From assembly GCA_037131775.1 (NCBI GenBank), contig JBAXQK010000001.1, forward strand, positions 76,708-140,707: a stretch of DNA of 64,000 bases, read 5' to 3'. The notes below the pieces were generated by a model. That model saw only the letters and a program-made list of their open reading frames with translations. It ran no database searches and was not told the DNA's origin. Source of the stretch: Candidatus Uhrbacteria bacterium (lineage in GTDB: Bacteria; Patescibacteriota; Patescibacteriia; UBA9934; GWF2-40-263). The position numbers and the translations under genes are program-made. Positions 27,881-36,794 of this stretch are shown here, in pieces; within the stretch, counting starts at the first letter, position 1; each line of letters starts with the position of its first letter.

Positions 27881-29803
27881 GTGATTGCCGAAGTTTATCC
27901 AATCAAGCGGATGCCGCGCCGGTTCGACGTCTTCGACTATGAGATCCCGACCGGCATGAATCTCGCACGAGGATCCGGCGTCCGGATCCCGTTTCGGTTC
28001 GGAGAGATGCGCGGAATCGTCGCGCGAGTCACGGACGGTGCGGGACGTGGAAAGACGATCAAGCCCGTCTCGGCGATCCTGCCGGACCTTTCGATGACCG
28101 ACGACGAGCTCTCCTGCTTCGAGGACGTCGCGTTCGATACCGCGCAAAGCGTCTCGGCCGTCCTCCACGCGACGATCCCGATTCCGGGGAAACGCGACGT
28201 TTCGTCCGCCCGTCGATCCCTCAGCGTTCCCCCTCCTCATAGGGAGGAGGGGTCAGGGGTGGTCGTCTCGCCCCTCACGATCTCCGCCCGCGAGGCCCCG
28301 CAAATCTCTCAGATTGTCGCGGAACTCTCCGAGCGATCCGAGGCATTCGTCGCCATCCCCGACCTCAAGCGCGCCGCCGTCCTCATCGCGACCTACCGCC
28401 GCGACCACCCGACCGAACCCGTCCTCGTCCTCGCGCCGAACGTTCGCGATGCACGCCTCATCGCGTCCCGACTCTCTTACGTTTCCCCTCCTCATAGGGA
28501 GGAGGGGTCAGGGGTGGTCGTCGTGACCGGCGAGGAGTCTCCGGCCGAGCGTTTTCGCCGCTGGAAGCTCTGGCGCGGCCGAAGGACCGGCCTCCTCGTC
28601 GGCTCCCGCGTCGCGGCTCTCTGGACCCATCCGACGCTCGGCGCGGTATTCCTCGTACGCTCGGGACACCCCAACCATAAGCAGGACGACCGAAACCCAC
28701 GCTTCGACGCGCGATTCGTGGGACAGGTTCTCCATGGGCGACTTTCCGCCAAGCGCTTTCACCTAGACGTCATGCCAAGCACCGAGGACCTCGTTGGATT
28801 CGGCGCGGCAAATCTCCTCGGCCCGACCGCCCGTCCCGAAACGATCATCGCCGACATGACGATCGAGCGCGCCGGTTCCCCGCACCCGTGCCTCGGCAAC
28901 AGCCTTGTCATCGAGATCGCCCAGACACTCGCCGAGAACCGGCGCGTCATCTGCGCGTACAATCTCAAGGGCGTGTCGCGACGATTGCAATGCGCCGACT
29001 GCGGACACCGGTTTCCGTGCGAGAACTGCGGCGGAGTGCTCGCACCGTACGTGACGACGGTCCAATGCCACCGATGCGGTCGGACCGAGCCGCTGCCGGC
29101 CTCTTGTCCCGCATGCCATAAGAACAAGCTCACGCCGAAGGGATTTGGAAACCGCGCGGTCGCCGCGGCATTGCAGTCGGCGTTTCCCGAGGCGACCGTC
29201 GCATGCCTCGATCGCGATACGGACGTGGACGGCGCGAAGGACGCGGACATTCTCGTCGTCACGCGCCATTACGTCGAGAACGTCTTCGACCCCTTTCACC
29301 CACCGGACGTCGGTCTCGTCGCTGAGCTTGATGGGGACCGGTCCTTGTTCGAGCCGTCCTACCGTGCCCTCGAGAAATCCCTCCTTAACGCCGAGGAGTG
29401 GCGCGGAATTGCCCACGCCTGCCGCGCCAAGTTCCTCATCCAGACCGAGATGCCCGATTTGTTCCGCAACGCCCTCTCGCAGCCGGAAAAAGCCCTTCTC
29501 GACGACCTCGCCATCCGCAAGTCCTACGCCCAGCCCCCGTATGTCCGCGCCATGACCGTCGAATTCAAGCCCGACGAGCCAGGCGAACAGGCCCAAGGAA
29601 TCGCCAAGGCCATCGAAGCGATCCGCGCCGTCTCCACGTCGACCGAGATTTCGAAGCTCCCCTCTCCTTCCAAAGGAGAGGGTCAGGGTGAGGTCTACGC
29701 CCGTATCCGCCTCGCCGTCCCCCCGTCCGACGAGCTTGCCGTTCTCCAGGCCTTTTCCCCGTTCGACGACTCGTATATCATTGACACAAGGCCGTTAGAA
29801 TGA
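27881..29803 (+). CDS. priA: Primosomal protein N' (PriA)-like, with Cys4 zinc-binding domain but no recognisable Walker A/B motifs (GTG start)
   Basis: N-terminal 3'-DNA-binding-like domain. PriA-like blocks (VLVLAPNV..., RRWKLWRGRRTGLLVGSRVAAL) and CADCGH...CENCGG...CHRCG...CPAC. The positions where GxGKT and DEEH are expected read IPDLKRAA and RSGH. Confidence 0.65.
   Translation: MIAEVYPIKRMPRRFDVFDYEIPTGMNLARGSGVRIPFRFGEMRGIVARVTDGAGRGKTIKPVSAILPDLSMTDDELSCFEDVAFDTAQSVSAVLHATIPIPGKRDVSSARRSLSVPPPHREEGSGVVVSPLTISAREAPQISQIVAELSERSEAFVAIPDLKRAAVLIATYRRDHPTEPVLVLAPNVRDARLIASRLSYVSPPHREEGSGVVVVTGEESPAERFRRWKLWRGRRTGLLVGSRVAALWTHPTLGAVFLVRSGHPNHKQDDRNPRFDARFVGQVLHGRLSAKRFHLDVMPSTEDLVGFGAANLLGPTARPETIIADMTIERAGSPHPCLGNSLVIEIAQTLAENRRVICAYNLKGVSRRLQCADCGHRFPCENCGGVLAPYVTTVQCHRCGRTEPLPASCPACHKNKLTPKGFGNRAVAAALQSAFPEATVACLDRDTDVDGAKDADILVVTRHYVENVFDPFHPPDVGLVAELDGDRSLFEPSYRALEKSLLNAEEWRGIAHACRAKFLIQTEMPDLFRNALSQPEKALLDDLAIRKSYAQPPYVRAMTVEFKPDEPGEQAQGIAKAIEAIRAVSTSTEISKLPSPSKGEGQGEVYARIRLAVPPSDELAVLQAFSPFDDSYIIDTRPLE
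28226..28267. repeat. Family-1 palindromic element copy B, in-frame in priA-like gene
   Basis: GTTCCCCCTCCTCATAGGGAGGAGGGGTCAGGGGTGGTCGTC encodes VPPPHREEGSGVVV. Confidence 0.9.
28481..28522. repeat. Family-1 palindromic element copy C, in-frame in priA-like gene
   Basis: GTTTCCCCTCCTCATAGGGAGGAGGGGTCAGGGGTGGTCGTC encodes VSPPHREEGSGVVV. Confidence 0.9.
29659..29695. repeat. Diverged family-1-like palindromic element (variant 3) in-frame near priA C-terminus
   Basis: CCCCTCTCCTT-CCA-AAGGAGAGGG-TCAGGGTGAGGTC: same architecture (palindrome plus TCAGGG(G)TG(R)GGTC tail) and same frame, encoding PSPSKGEGQGEV. Confidence 0.6.
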
Positions 29804-29822
29804 TATTATTTCCGCCAATCCT

Positions 29823-30296
29823 ATGATCGTCCTCACGAATCCAAACCCCGAACTTCGCGTCCGATCCGTCGAGATTCCCTCGTCGGACATTGCTTCGGAT
29901 CGTCTCAAGGAGATGATCGTCGAACTGAAGAGGACGATGAGGGAGGAAAACGGCTGCGGGATCGCCGCGCCGCAAGTTGGGATCCACGAGCGCGTGATCA
30001 TCGTCGACGACGGTTCGGGCCCGAAGGCATACATCAACCCGGAGATCGTCTCAAAATCGTTCGCCACGTTCCTGTTCGAGGAGGGATGCCTGTCCGTACC
30101 GGGCGTCTGGGGCATGGTCAAGCGGCACAAGTCCGTGAAGGTCACGGCGATCGGAGAGGACGGCAAGCCCGTAAAGATCTCCGGGAAGGGACTCCTATCC
30201 GTCATCTTCCAGCACGAGATCGACCACCTCAACGGCGTCCTGTTCATTGACTCGGTCCAGAAGATCACCCGCATGCCGAACAACTCCATCCTATGA
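29823..30296 (+). CDS. def: Peptide deformylase
   Basis: GIAAPQVG, EGCLSVPG and QHEIDHLNG metal-site motifs. Confidence 0.9.
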   Translation: MIVLTNPNPELRVRSVEIPSSDIASDRLKEMIVELKRTMREENGCGIAAPQVGIHERVIIVDDGSGPKAYINPEIVSKSFATFLFEEGCLSVPGVWGMVKRHKSVKVTAIGEDGKPVKISGKGLLSVIFQHEIDHLNGVLFIDSVQKITRMPNNSIL

Positions 30297-31237
30297 TTCG
30301 CATTGCGTTCTTTGGAACCCCGGAGTTTTCCGTCCCATTCCTAACGGCCCTCGTCGACGACCCCGCATTCGAGGTCGTCGCTGTCGTTTCGCAGCCCGAT
30401 CGACCGCAGGGCCGCAACCACGAGATTGTCCCGACCCCGGTCAAATCCGTCGCGCTCGACCATCAAATCCCGGTCCTTCAGCCGACGACGCTGCGCGACG
30501 AGTCCGTCCTTGCGACCCTTCTGGCGCTCAATGCCGACTATTTCGTCGTCGTCGCCTACGGAAAAATCATCCCGCAGGCCGTCCTCGACGTCCCGCGCCT
30601 CGGCTGCGTCAACGTCCATCCTTCCCTTCTGCCGAAGTATCGCGGCCCGTCCCCTATGAACTGGGCGATCGCGGAGGGCGACGCGAAGACCGGGGTGACA
30701 ATCATGCTGCTTGACGCGGGAATGGACACCGGCCCGATCCTGTCGCAGACGAGCATCGGCTTGGACTCGGACGAGACAATGGATACGCTCATGGCCAAGG
30801 CACACGAACAGGGCGTCCCGCTCCTGATCGATACGCTCAAGCGGTTCGCGACCGGCGAGATCGTCCCCGTCGCGCAAAACGACGAGGCCGCGACGATGAC
30901 GAAGCTGCTCGACCGCGAAGACGGCCGCATCGACTGGACGCTTCCCATGGAGGTGATCGAACGGCGCTTGCGAGCCTACCAGCCCTGGCCCGGACTCTGG
31001 ACCGTGTGGATGCGAAACGGCGTCGAGACGCGCATCAAGATCCATTCCCTCCAACCGTCCGACTTCCGCGCCGACCTTCCGCCCGGAACCGTCTCAACGA
31101 AAAACAGCCGACTGCACGTCGACTGTTCGGACGGGACGATCGAAATACTGGAACTGCAGCCGGAGGGAAAGCCGCGCATGTCCGCGGAAGCATTCCTCCT
31201 CGGCTATTCCGACGTGAACGGTGCCATGCTTGGCTGA
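30293..31237 (+). CDS. fmt: Methionyl-tRNA formyltransferase
   Basis: Formyltransferase N-domain (FFGTPEFS...HPSLLPKYRG) and C-terminal domain. Overlaps def by 4 nt. Confidence 0.9.
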   Translation: MIRIAFFGTPEFSVPFLTALVDDPAFEVVAVVSQPDRPQGRNHEIVPTPVKSVALDHQIPVLQPTTLRDESVLATLLALNADYFVVVAYGKIIPQAVLDVPRLGCVNVHPSLLPKYRGPSPMNWAIAEGDAKTGVTIMLLDAGMDTGPILSQTSIGLDSDETMDTLMAKAHEQGVPLLIDTLKRFATGEIVPVAQNDEAATMTKLLDREDGRIDWTLPMEVIERRLRAYQPWPGLWTVWMRNGVETRIKIHSLQPSDFRADLPPGTVSTKNSRLHVDCSDGTIEILELQPEGKPRMSAEAFLLGYSDVNGAMLG

Positions 31238-32754
31238 AGCGCGCCGGACGCGGCGACAACCGAATCTGAAACGGGAACCTTCTGCGTCGTCGCGGAAGGT
31301 TTTTGGTTGAGGAACGGAACGACGAAAAGAAGCAGTCCGAGGCCAAGCGGGTGGTTGAGATATGGCGAGGTAACGTGCGTCGCATACAGCATGGCAAGGC
31401 ACGAGATCAGCGCGACGGCAAGCCAGGACTGACTCGTCCGCAACGTCGGCCAGAGCCCGCGAACGAGGCCGACGAACAGGAATGCGAAGGCGAGCGGGCC
31501 AAGCAGTCCCATCTTCAGCCATAGCTCCAGCCAGCCCCACTCGAGGGCATACGTCGTCCAGGTCCCGTCCGGATGGATGGCACGGGCGCGCGGATCGTCC
31601 GTCTTGAACGTGATCTCCTGCCCGAACCCGCTGCCAAGCGCGATATGTTCCTTGATCTGGGCCATCAGCGGCGGAAGCAGGTTCCAACGGCTGGATATGG
31701 CCACGTCGGAGACATCCGTCGTTCGGCTCGAGACAAGACCGGTGAGATCGCTGACCCGGCCGACGCGATATGGCAACGGAAACAGGACGATCCCCACGAG
31801 CAGGATGCCTGCCCCGAGCGTCGCGATGACGACAGAGCCAACCGCCTTCCCCGCGACCTTCGTTCCCGGCCACCCGTCGACGAACTTCAACGCGACGAAC
31901 GCGAACGCGCCGGCGATGATACCGACCCAGAAGCTGCGCGAAAGGCTGATGATGACGACCGAGCCGATGCCGACGAGCAAAAGCGTCACGGTACGGTACG
32001 CGCGCTTCGGGACGTCGCGGAGAAACAGGAACGGCGTCAGGAAGAACGCGAACGCGATCACGGAAAACTGCGCCTGGAGAAAGACGCGGAAGATGTTCCC
32101 CGCCATCTTGGTCAGCTCGCCCGTTCGCGTGTCGCGGATGAAGAGATAGACGGCGCCGAGCATCCATTCCGGGAAGTGCGTAAAGACGTATAGGAGTCCG
32201 AGCGTCAGAATCGTCACCCAGGCGGCGGAGGCTGCGAGAACCTGGAGAAGAAGCCGCTTCTTGGTCGCGTCCCAGTCGACGCAGAGGACTGGGAAAAGGT
32301 AGCCGAGGTAAAGATAGGCGTTTCCGTCCTTGAATGCCGTCGTCGGGTCGTGCAACATGAAGCCGATGGCAAATCCGATGGCGACGGCGACGAAGAGCGG
32401 GACGAACGGAGTCAGGCGCGGGTCTCGCAGCGACAATTTCACGCGTCGGGTCACGTTCGCTAGCGCCCACGCGGCCATAACGCCGACGAAGACGGCCATG
32501 CGGGACGAGAGGGAGAATCCGTGGATGTCGAAGGCGACCAGGTGGCCGTGCGAGTTCGCGAACAGCTCGGCGAAGGCGACGAGGAGGCCGAGGTCGAGGC
32601 GCTTCCAGGTAATCGCGAAGATGGCGACCATCGAGACGGCAAGCGCGACGGCGGAGGCGATCGGGAACGGAAAGACTGCGATCGAGACCGCAAAGATGCC
32701 GGCGAGGGCGCCGAGCGTGATCCAGAACGGTTTCCCAAAGAATTGGTCGAACAT
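31204..32754 (-). CDS. O-antigen ligase / Wzy-like polytopic membrane protein
   Basis: At least 10 TM segments and a large loop with ...SRSFWVG...ALGSGFG... (Wzy_C-like). First gene of the minus-strand glycan cluster. Confidence 0.55.
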   Translation of the reverse strand: MFDQFFGKPFWITLGALAGIFAVSIAVFPFPIASAVALAVSMVAIFAITWKRLDLGLLVAFAELFANSHGHLVAFDIHGFSLSSRMAVFVGVMAAWALANVTRRVKLSLRDPRLTPFVPLFVAVAIGFAIGFMLHDPTTAFKDGNAYLYLGYLFPVLCVDWDATKKRLLLQVLAASAAWVTILTLGLLYVFTHFPEWMLGAVYLFIRDTRTGELTKMAGNIFRVFLQAQFSVIAFAFFLTPFLFLRDVPKRAYRTVTLLLVGIGSVVIISLSRSFWVGIIAGAFAFVALKFVDGWPGTKVAGKAVGSVVIATLGAGILLVGIVLFPLPYRVGRVSDLTGLVSSRTTDVSDVAISSRWNLLPPLMAQIKEHIALGSGFGQEITFKTDDPRARAIHPDGTWTTYALEWGWLELWLKMGLLGPLAFAFLFVGLVRGLWPTLRTSQSWLAVALISCLAMLYATHVTSPYLNHPLGLGLLLFVVPFLNQKPSATTQKVPVSDSVVAASGALQPSMAPFTSE

Positions 32755-32757
32755 AGT

Positions 32758-33603
32758 CTAGGTAGGTTTGATGATGGACGCGATGACCGACAAGACGACA
32801 AAGACCGGATCAAGGACAACGAAGAGAAGCCAGACGGGCCGCCCGTAATGCTTCCGCATATAGCGCCGCAGACTTCGACGGACCATCCCCTGTTTCTTCA
32901 GCGTCCCGACGCGGCTAAACGATCCGCCCTTGCGGTGCAGCATCGAAACGTCGCCATAGTAGCGAACCTTCCAGCCCGCGTCGACCGTCCGCTTGCAGAA
33001 GTCGACCTCCTCGTACCAGAGAAAAAATCCGTCGTCGAGCAGGCCGATCTTGTCGAGCACCTCGCGACGAATGCAGAAGAACGCGCCCATCACCTGGTCC
33101 ACGTCCTGCGTCCGACGGTAGTCAAAATCCTTCATCAGGTAGCGTCGAATCGGTCCGAGGTTCGGAAGGACGTGCGGGAGCTTCGAGAGCAGAAGGAGCT
33201 GGTCGACCGGCGTTGGAAAATGCCAGACGCAATCCTGCTGGGTCCCGTCGAGGTTCTTGAGCGAGATCCCGCCGATTCCGACGTTCGCGTCACGCCGCAT
33301 CCGCTCCTCGATCGCGGAGATCGCGTCGGATGTGAAGATCGTGTCCGGGTTCAAGAGGACGACGAACTCGCCGGCGGACTGTCGAATCGCAAGATTGCAT
33401 CCGCCCGCAAAGCCGAGGTTTCGCTCGCTGATGATGAATCGCACGTTGGGGTACGTTCGTTGCAGTGCCGATGGATCCGTCCCGTCGCCGTTGATCACGA
33501 CGAAGATCTCGAGGTCGTCCCGGTGGACGAATTCGAAGAGCGACGCGAGCATTGTTTCGACGTAATCGAGGGACTTGTAGGAGACGGTGACGATACTGAT
33601 CAT
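32758..33603 (-). CDS. Family 2 glycosyltransferase
   Basis: MISIVTVSYKS...NGDGTD...NLGFAGGCN...NPD... GT-A fold with DxD. ATGA overlap with the upstream gene. Confidence 0.75.
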   Translation of the reverse strand: MISIVTVSYKSLDYVETMLASLFEFVHRDDLEIFVVINGDGTDPSALQRTYPNVRFIISERNLGFAGGCNLAIRQSAGEFVVLLNPDTIFTSDAISAIEERMRRDANVGIGGISLKNLDGTQQDCVWHFPTPVDQLLLLSKLPHVLPNLGPIRRYLMKDFDYRRTQDVDQVMGAFFCIRREVLDKIGLLDDGFFLWYEEVDFCKRTVDAGWKVRYYGDVSMLHRKGGSFSRVGTLKKQGMVRRSLRRYMRKHYGRPVWLLFVVLDPVFVVLSVIASIIKPT

Positions 33604-34301
33604 AGGCGGTGCTTCGTCGCGATAATCGTTCTGGCCTCGTCGTAGCGTCGAACCGAAGACGGCCTCCAGCCAAGCCGGTGCCATGGAATCCGATAGATGA
33701 ACGACGGGCGCCACTGGGAGATGCCCGGGCGGTCGGAGCGGTCGATGACCTGGAAGAGCTCTCGATCGACGAACGTGCCGACATGGCCCTGTTCGAGCAT
33801 CGTGAGCCAGACATCCCAATCCTGGAAACGCCTGATCGACGGGTCGAACCCGGGGAAATGCTCGCGGCGGACGAGCGACGTCGTGTGGACGAAGTTCATG
33901 CGGCGGAGTCGGTTCGCGTCGAACGAAAAGGACGAAAATGACTTCCAACCGAATCGAAACCCGCTGTACGCGTAGCTTGCCTCCGGATGGTCGACAAGCG
34001 CCCGTTCCATCGTCGCGAGCATGTCTGGCGCCATGACCACGTCCGCGTCGCAGAAGATCACGAGGTCGCCGGTCGCCCGCGCGAACCCATTGTTCCGCGC
34101 GACGTTCCCGCCCTGGTTCGACTGCGTCACGATCGTGATGCGATCGGCAAACGCGGCAAGGACGCGTCCGGTCTCGTCCGTGCTGCCGTCGTTCACGACG
34201 ATGATCTCGTCGGGCTTCCGCGTCTGAACGAAAAGAGAGTTCAGACACTCCGAGAGCGTCTTCGCGTGCTGGTAGGACGGGATGATGACGGAGATCGTCA
34301 C
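33600..34301 (-). CDS. Family 2 glycosyltransferase
   Basis: MTISVIIPSYQHAKTL...VNDGSTDET...DADV... GT-A fold. Confidence 0.75.
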   Translation of the reverse strand: MTISVIIPSYQHAKTLSECLNSLFVQTRKPDEIIVVNDGSTDETGRVLAAFADRITIVTQSNQGGNVARNNGFARATGDLVIFCDADVVMAPDMLATMERALVDHPEASYAYSGFRFGWKSFSSFSFDANRLRRMNFVHTTSLVRREHFPGFDPSIRRFQDWDVWLTMLEQGHVGTFVDRELFQVIDRSDRPGISQWRPSFIYRIPWHRLGWRPSSVRRYDEARTIIATKHRL

Positions 34302-35347
34302 AGATATTCCTTCAATTTCTCAAGCTGTACTTCGTTCGTAAACTCGTCGGCAGCCCGCCGATAGGCCGCTTCGCCCAGCCGCCGCCGTTCCTCGTCGCTC
34401 ATGGCCAAACGATACACCGCGTCCGCGAGCGCCGCAATGTCCCCGTCCTTGACGAGAAGGCCTGTCATTCCGTTGAGAACAGCCTCGTCGACGCCCCGCA
34501 TGTCCGTCGCAACCGACGGGACGCCATGCAGCGCGGCCTCGAGATACACCATGCCGAATCCTTCGCGGTCGACGGAATCCGCCACGACCGGCTCGACGAA
34601 TATGTCGGCGGCGGCGTAATGGTCGGAGAGCTGATCGTCGGCCACGTCGCGAGCGATCGTCACTCGGTCGTCGAGACCAAGCTCGGCGATGCGTCGCGCG
34701 ATCGTCTCGAGACAAGGGCCGTCGCCGACGATGTCGTATTGAACGGATAGGTCGGGATGGTCGCGCCGAAGCAGCGACATCGCGTCGAGAACGCGAAGGT
34801 GGCCTTTGCGAGGGACGAGCCGAGCAACGGTAAGCAAACGAAAGACGTGCGCGACGACCACCCCTGACCCCTCCTCCCTATGAGGAGGGGGAACATGTTT
34901 GGATATCGTCGGGTATACGACGACCGTCCTCTCAACCCCAAACTCATTCTTCACTTCCCTCTCCAACGCCTTCGAGTTCGCCACGACCACCTCCGCACCG
35001 CGCAGGACCATCCCAGCGACGATTCGCTTTGCCCAGCGCGTCTTAGCGAGCCCAATGTCCATCCCGTGAACGATCACGACGTACGACGTTCCCGTCATCC
35101 ACTTGAACGCAAGCGCCGCCGTCCCGATCGGCAAGACGTGGCTGACGACAATCGTCGTGTCAACACCGAGTGTCGACGCTTGGCGATCGTGAAAGAATTG
35201 TCGAAGCGCCTGCCACCACCGCGTCGACGGATCCAAGACGGCCACTTCCATCGAATCTGAAAAGTACGCCGCGAGATTCCCGAGGTATCTGGCCACTCCG
35301 CCCCGCGACGGCGCGTAATCAGTCGTGTATAGCCGTGTCTTCGGCAT
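34298..35347 (-). CDS. Family 4 (GT-B) glycosyltransferase carrying an in-frame family-1 element
   Basis: N-terminal ...YAPSRGGVARYL... and C-terminal EGFGMVYLEAALHGVPSVATD (E-x7-E-like). Start at MPKTRLYT. Confidence 0.75.
   Translation of the reverse strand: MPKTRLYTTDYAPSRGGVARYLGNLAAYFSDSMEVAVLDPSTRWWQALRQFFHDRQASTLGVDTTIVVSHVLPIGTAALAFKWMTGTSYVVIVHGMDIGLAKTRWAKRIVAGMVLRGAEVVVANSKALEREVKNEFGVERTVVVYPTISKHVPPPHREEGSGVVVAHVFRLLTVARLVPRKGHLRVLDAMSLLRRDHPDLSVQYDIVGDGPCLETIARRIAELGLDDRVTIARDVADDQLSDHYAAADIFVEPVVADSVDREGFGMVYLEAALHGVPSVATDMRGVDEAVLNGMTGLLVKDGDIAALADAVYRLAMSDEERRRLGEAAYRRAADEFTNEVQLEKLKEYL
34853..34894. repeat. Family-1 palindromic element copy D (reverse orientation on + strand, same orientation relative to host gene), in-frame in GT4 gene
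   Basis: Reverse complement equals copy B exactly. Encodes VPPPHREEGSGVVV between the two Rossmann-like halves. Confidence 0.9.
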
Positions 35348-36791
35348 AGGCGGTCTTTCGACGGATAAGCTGGATGATTCCAGTGAGATGATGCTTTTGG
35401 ACCGATCGGGACAACACGAGCATGACGGCATAGACGAACGCGGCAAACGGAAGGGCGAGGTAGAATCCGGTCTCGGGACGAACGAGGCGCGTAGCGAACC
35501 CCATCACGGCGGCGGAACAGATGATCGGGACGATCGTTTTCAGCAGACGCGCGAACCCGTATTCCGGGATCACCTGCGGGACAAACCAGAAGCCGGAGAC
35601 GAACAGGAACGTGAAGCTGATCACGCCGGAATAGGCCGCTCCGAGGATGCCGAACGTCGGAATCAGGAACAGGTTGCTTATCACGTTGATGACCATCGTA
35701 ACGCCCATCACCGCGGTCTTCGTTGCCTGCCGATTCGCGGCATTAAGGAGCGAGCCGACGGGAAAGTCGAGGAAGATGGGAATGAGGACGAAGATGAGGA
35801 CCGCGAGTACCGGCGCGGCGTTCGCATATCCGTCCCCGGCGAGAGCAATCGCGTCCCCGGCAACGGCCCAGAGACCGAACGCGATCGGGGCCGCGAGAAT
35901 CGTCACGTACCAAACAGCCTCGTCGAACAGTCTCGTCAGGGCGTCCGAGTCCTTCTTCCCCACCATCGCGCTCATTCCCGGATACAGCGCGGCGACGAAC
36001 GCCATCGGGAGGAACTGAAACGCGTACGTGAACTTATAGGCCACGGCATAGACGCCGACCGCGGCGGTTCCGACGACCTTGGAGATGATGAGCGAATCGA
36101 CGTACGAGTAAACCTTCACGAACATCCCGGCGAGCGCGAACGGAAGGGCGGCGGCGAGCAACGCCTTGATAGCCTGTTTGTCGAAGTGAGGCCGCAGAAC
36201 CGACCAGCCGTAGATCGAAACGACGTGGCGCGCGGAATAGATCGCGTTGAAGGTCGAACCGACGAGAAGCGCAAGAACGAGAAGGTGAAGCGACGGGTGC
36301 GTCAAAAGGACGATTCCGCCGAACAGGAGCGTGCACGTCTGTCCCACGAAGATCCCGAGCGACTCGAACCGCAGCGTGTGGTGTCCGCGGAGGACGCCGT
36401 AAAACAACAGGCTCATCGCGTCCGCCAGCATCACGAGGGACGCCACGAGGACGAGCTCGCGGACGGTCGCATCGTATCCCAGCGCCCATGACATCGCCAC
36501 CGCGCCGACCGTCGCCAGCGCCATGAACGGAATCTTGAGCCAGACGGCGCGTCGGATCAGGTCCGCGGCGCGCTCCGGAACCTTCGCGACGTCGCGGATC
36601 ACCACCGGCGTCACGCCAAGGTCCGTGATCGTCGAAAAGATCGTCGTAATCGACAGCGCGAGGAAATAATCCCCCGTCGCCTCGGGCCGCATGACGCGCG
36701 CGAGCAACAAGAAATAGAAGAACGCGAGGATCTTCTGCGCGATGGACGCGGCGGTGAGATAGAGGGTATTTTTTGCCACGGGAGAGGACAT
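35319..36791 (-). CDS. Polysaccharide/oligosaccharide flippase (MOP superfamily, Wzx-like)
   Basis: Polytopic, 12-14 TM segments. N-terminal MSSPVAKNTLYLTAASIAQKILAFFYFLLLAR typical of Wzx/PST. Confidence 0.65.
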   Translation of the reverse strand: MSSPVAKNTLYLTAASIAQKILAFFYFLLLARVMRPEATGDYFLALSITTIFSTITDLGVTPVVIRDVAKVPERAADLIRRAVWLKIPFMALATVGAVAMSWALGYDATVRELVLVASLVMLADAMSLLFYGVLRGHHTLRFESLGIFVGQTCTLLFGGIVLLTHPSLHLLVLALLVGSTFNAIYSARHVVSIYGWSVLRPHFDKQAIKALLAAALPFALAGMFVKVYSYVDSLIISKVVGTAAVGVYAVAYKFTYAFQFLPMAFVAALYPGMSAMVGKKDSDALTRLFDEAVWYVTILAAPIAFGLWAVAGDAIALAGDGYANAAPVLAVLIFVLIPIFLDFPVGSLLNAANRQATKTAVMGVTMVINVISNLFLIPTFGILGAAYSGVISFTFLFVSGFWFVPQVIPEYGFARLLKTIVPIICSAAVMGFATRLVRPETGFYLALPFAAFVYAVMLVLSRSVQKHHLTGIIQLIRRKTAYAEDTAIHD

Positions 36792-36794
36792 AGG

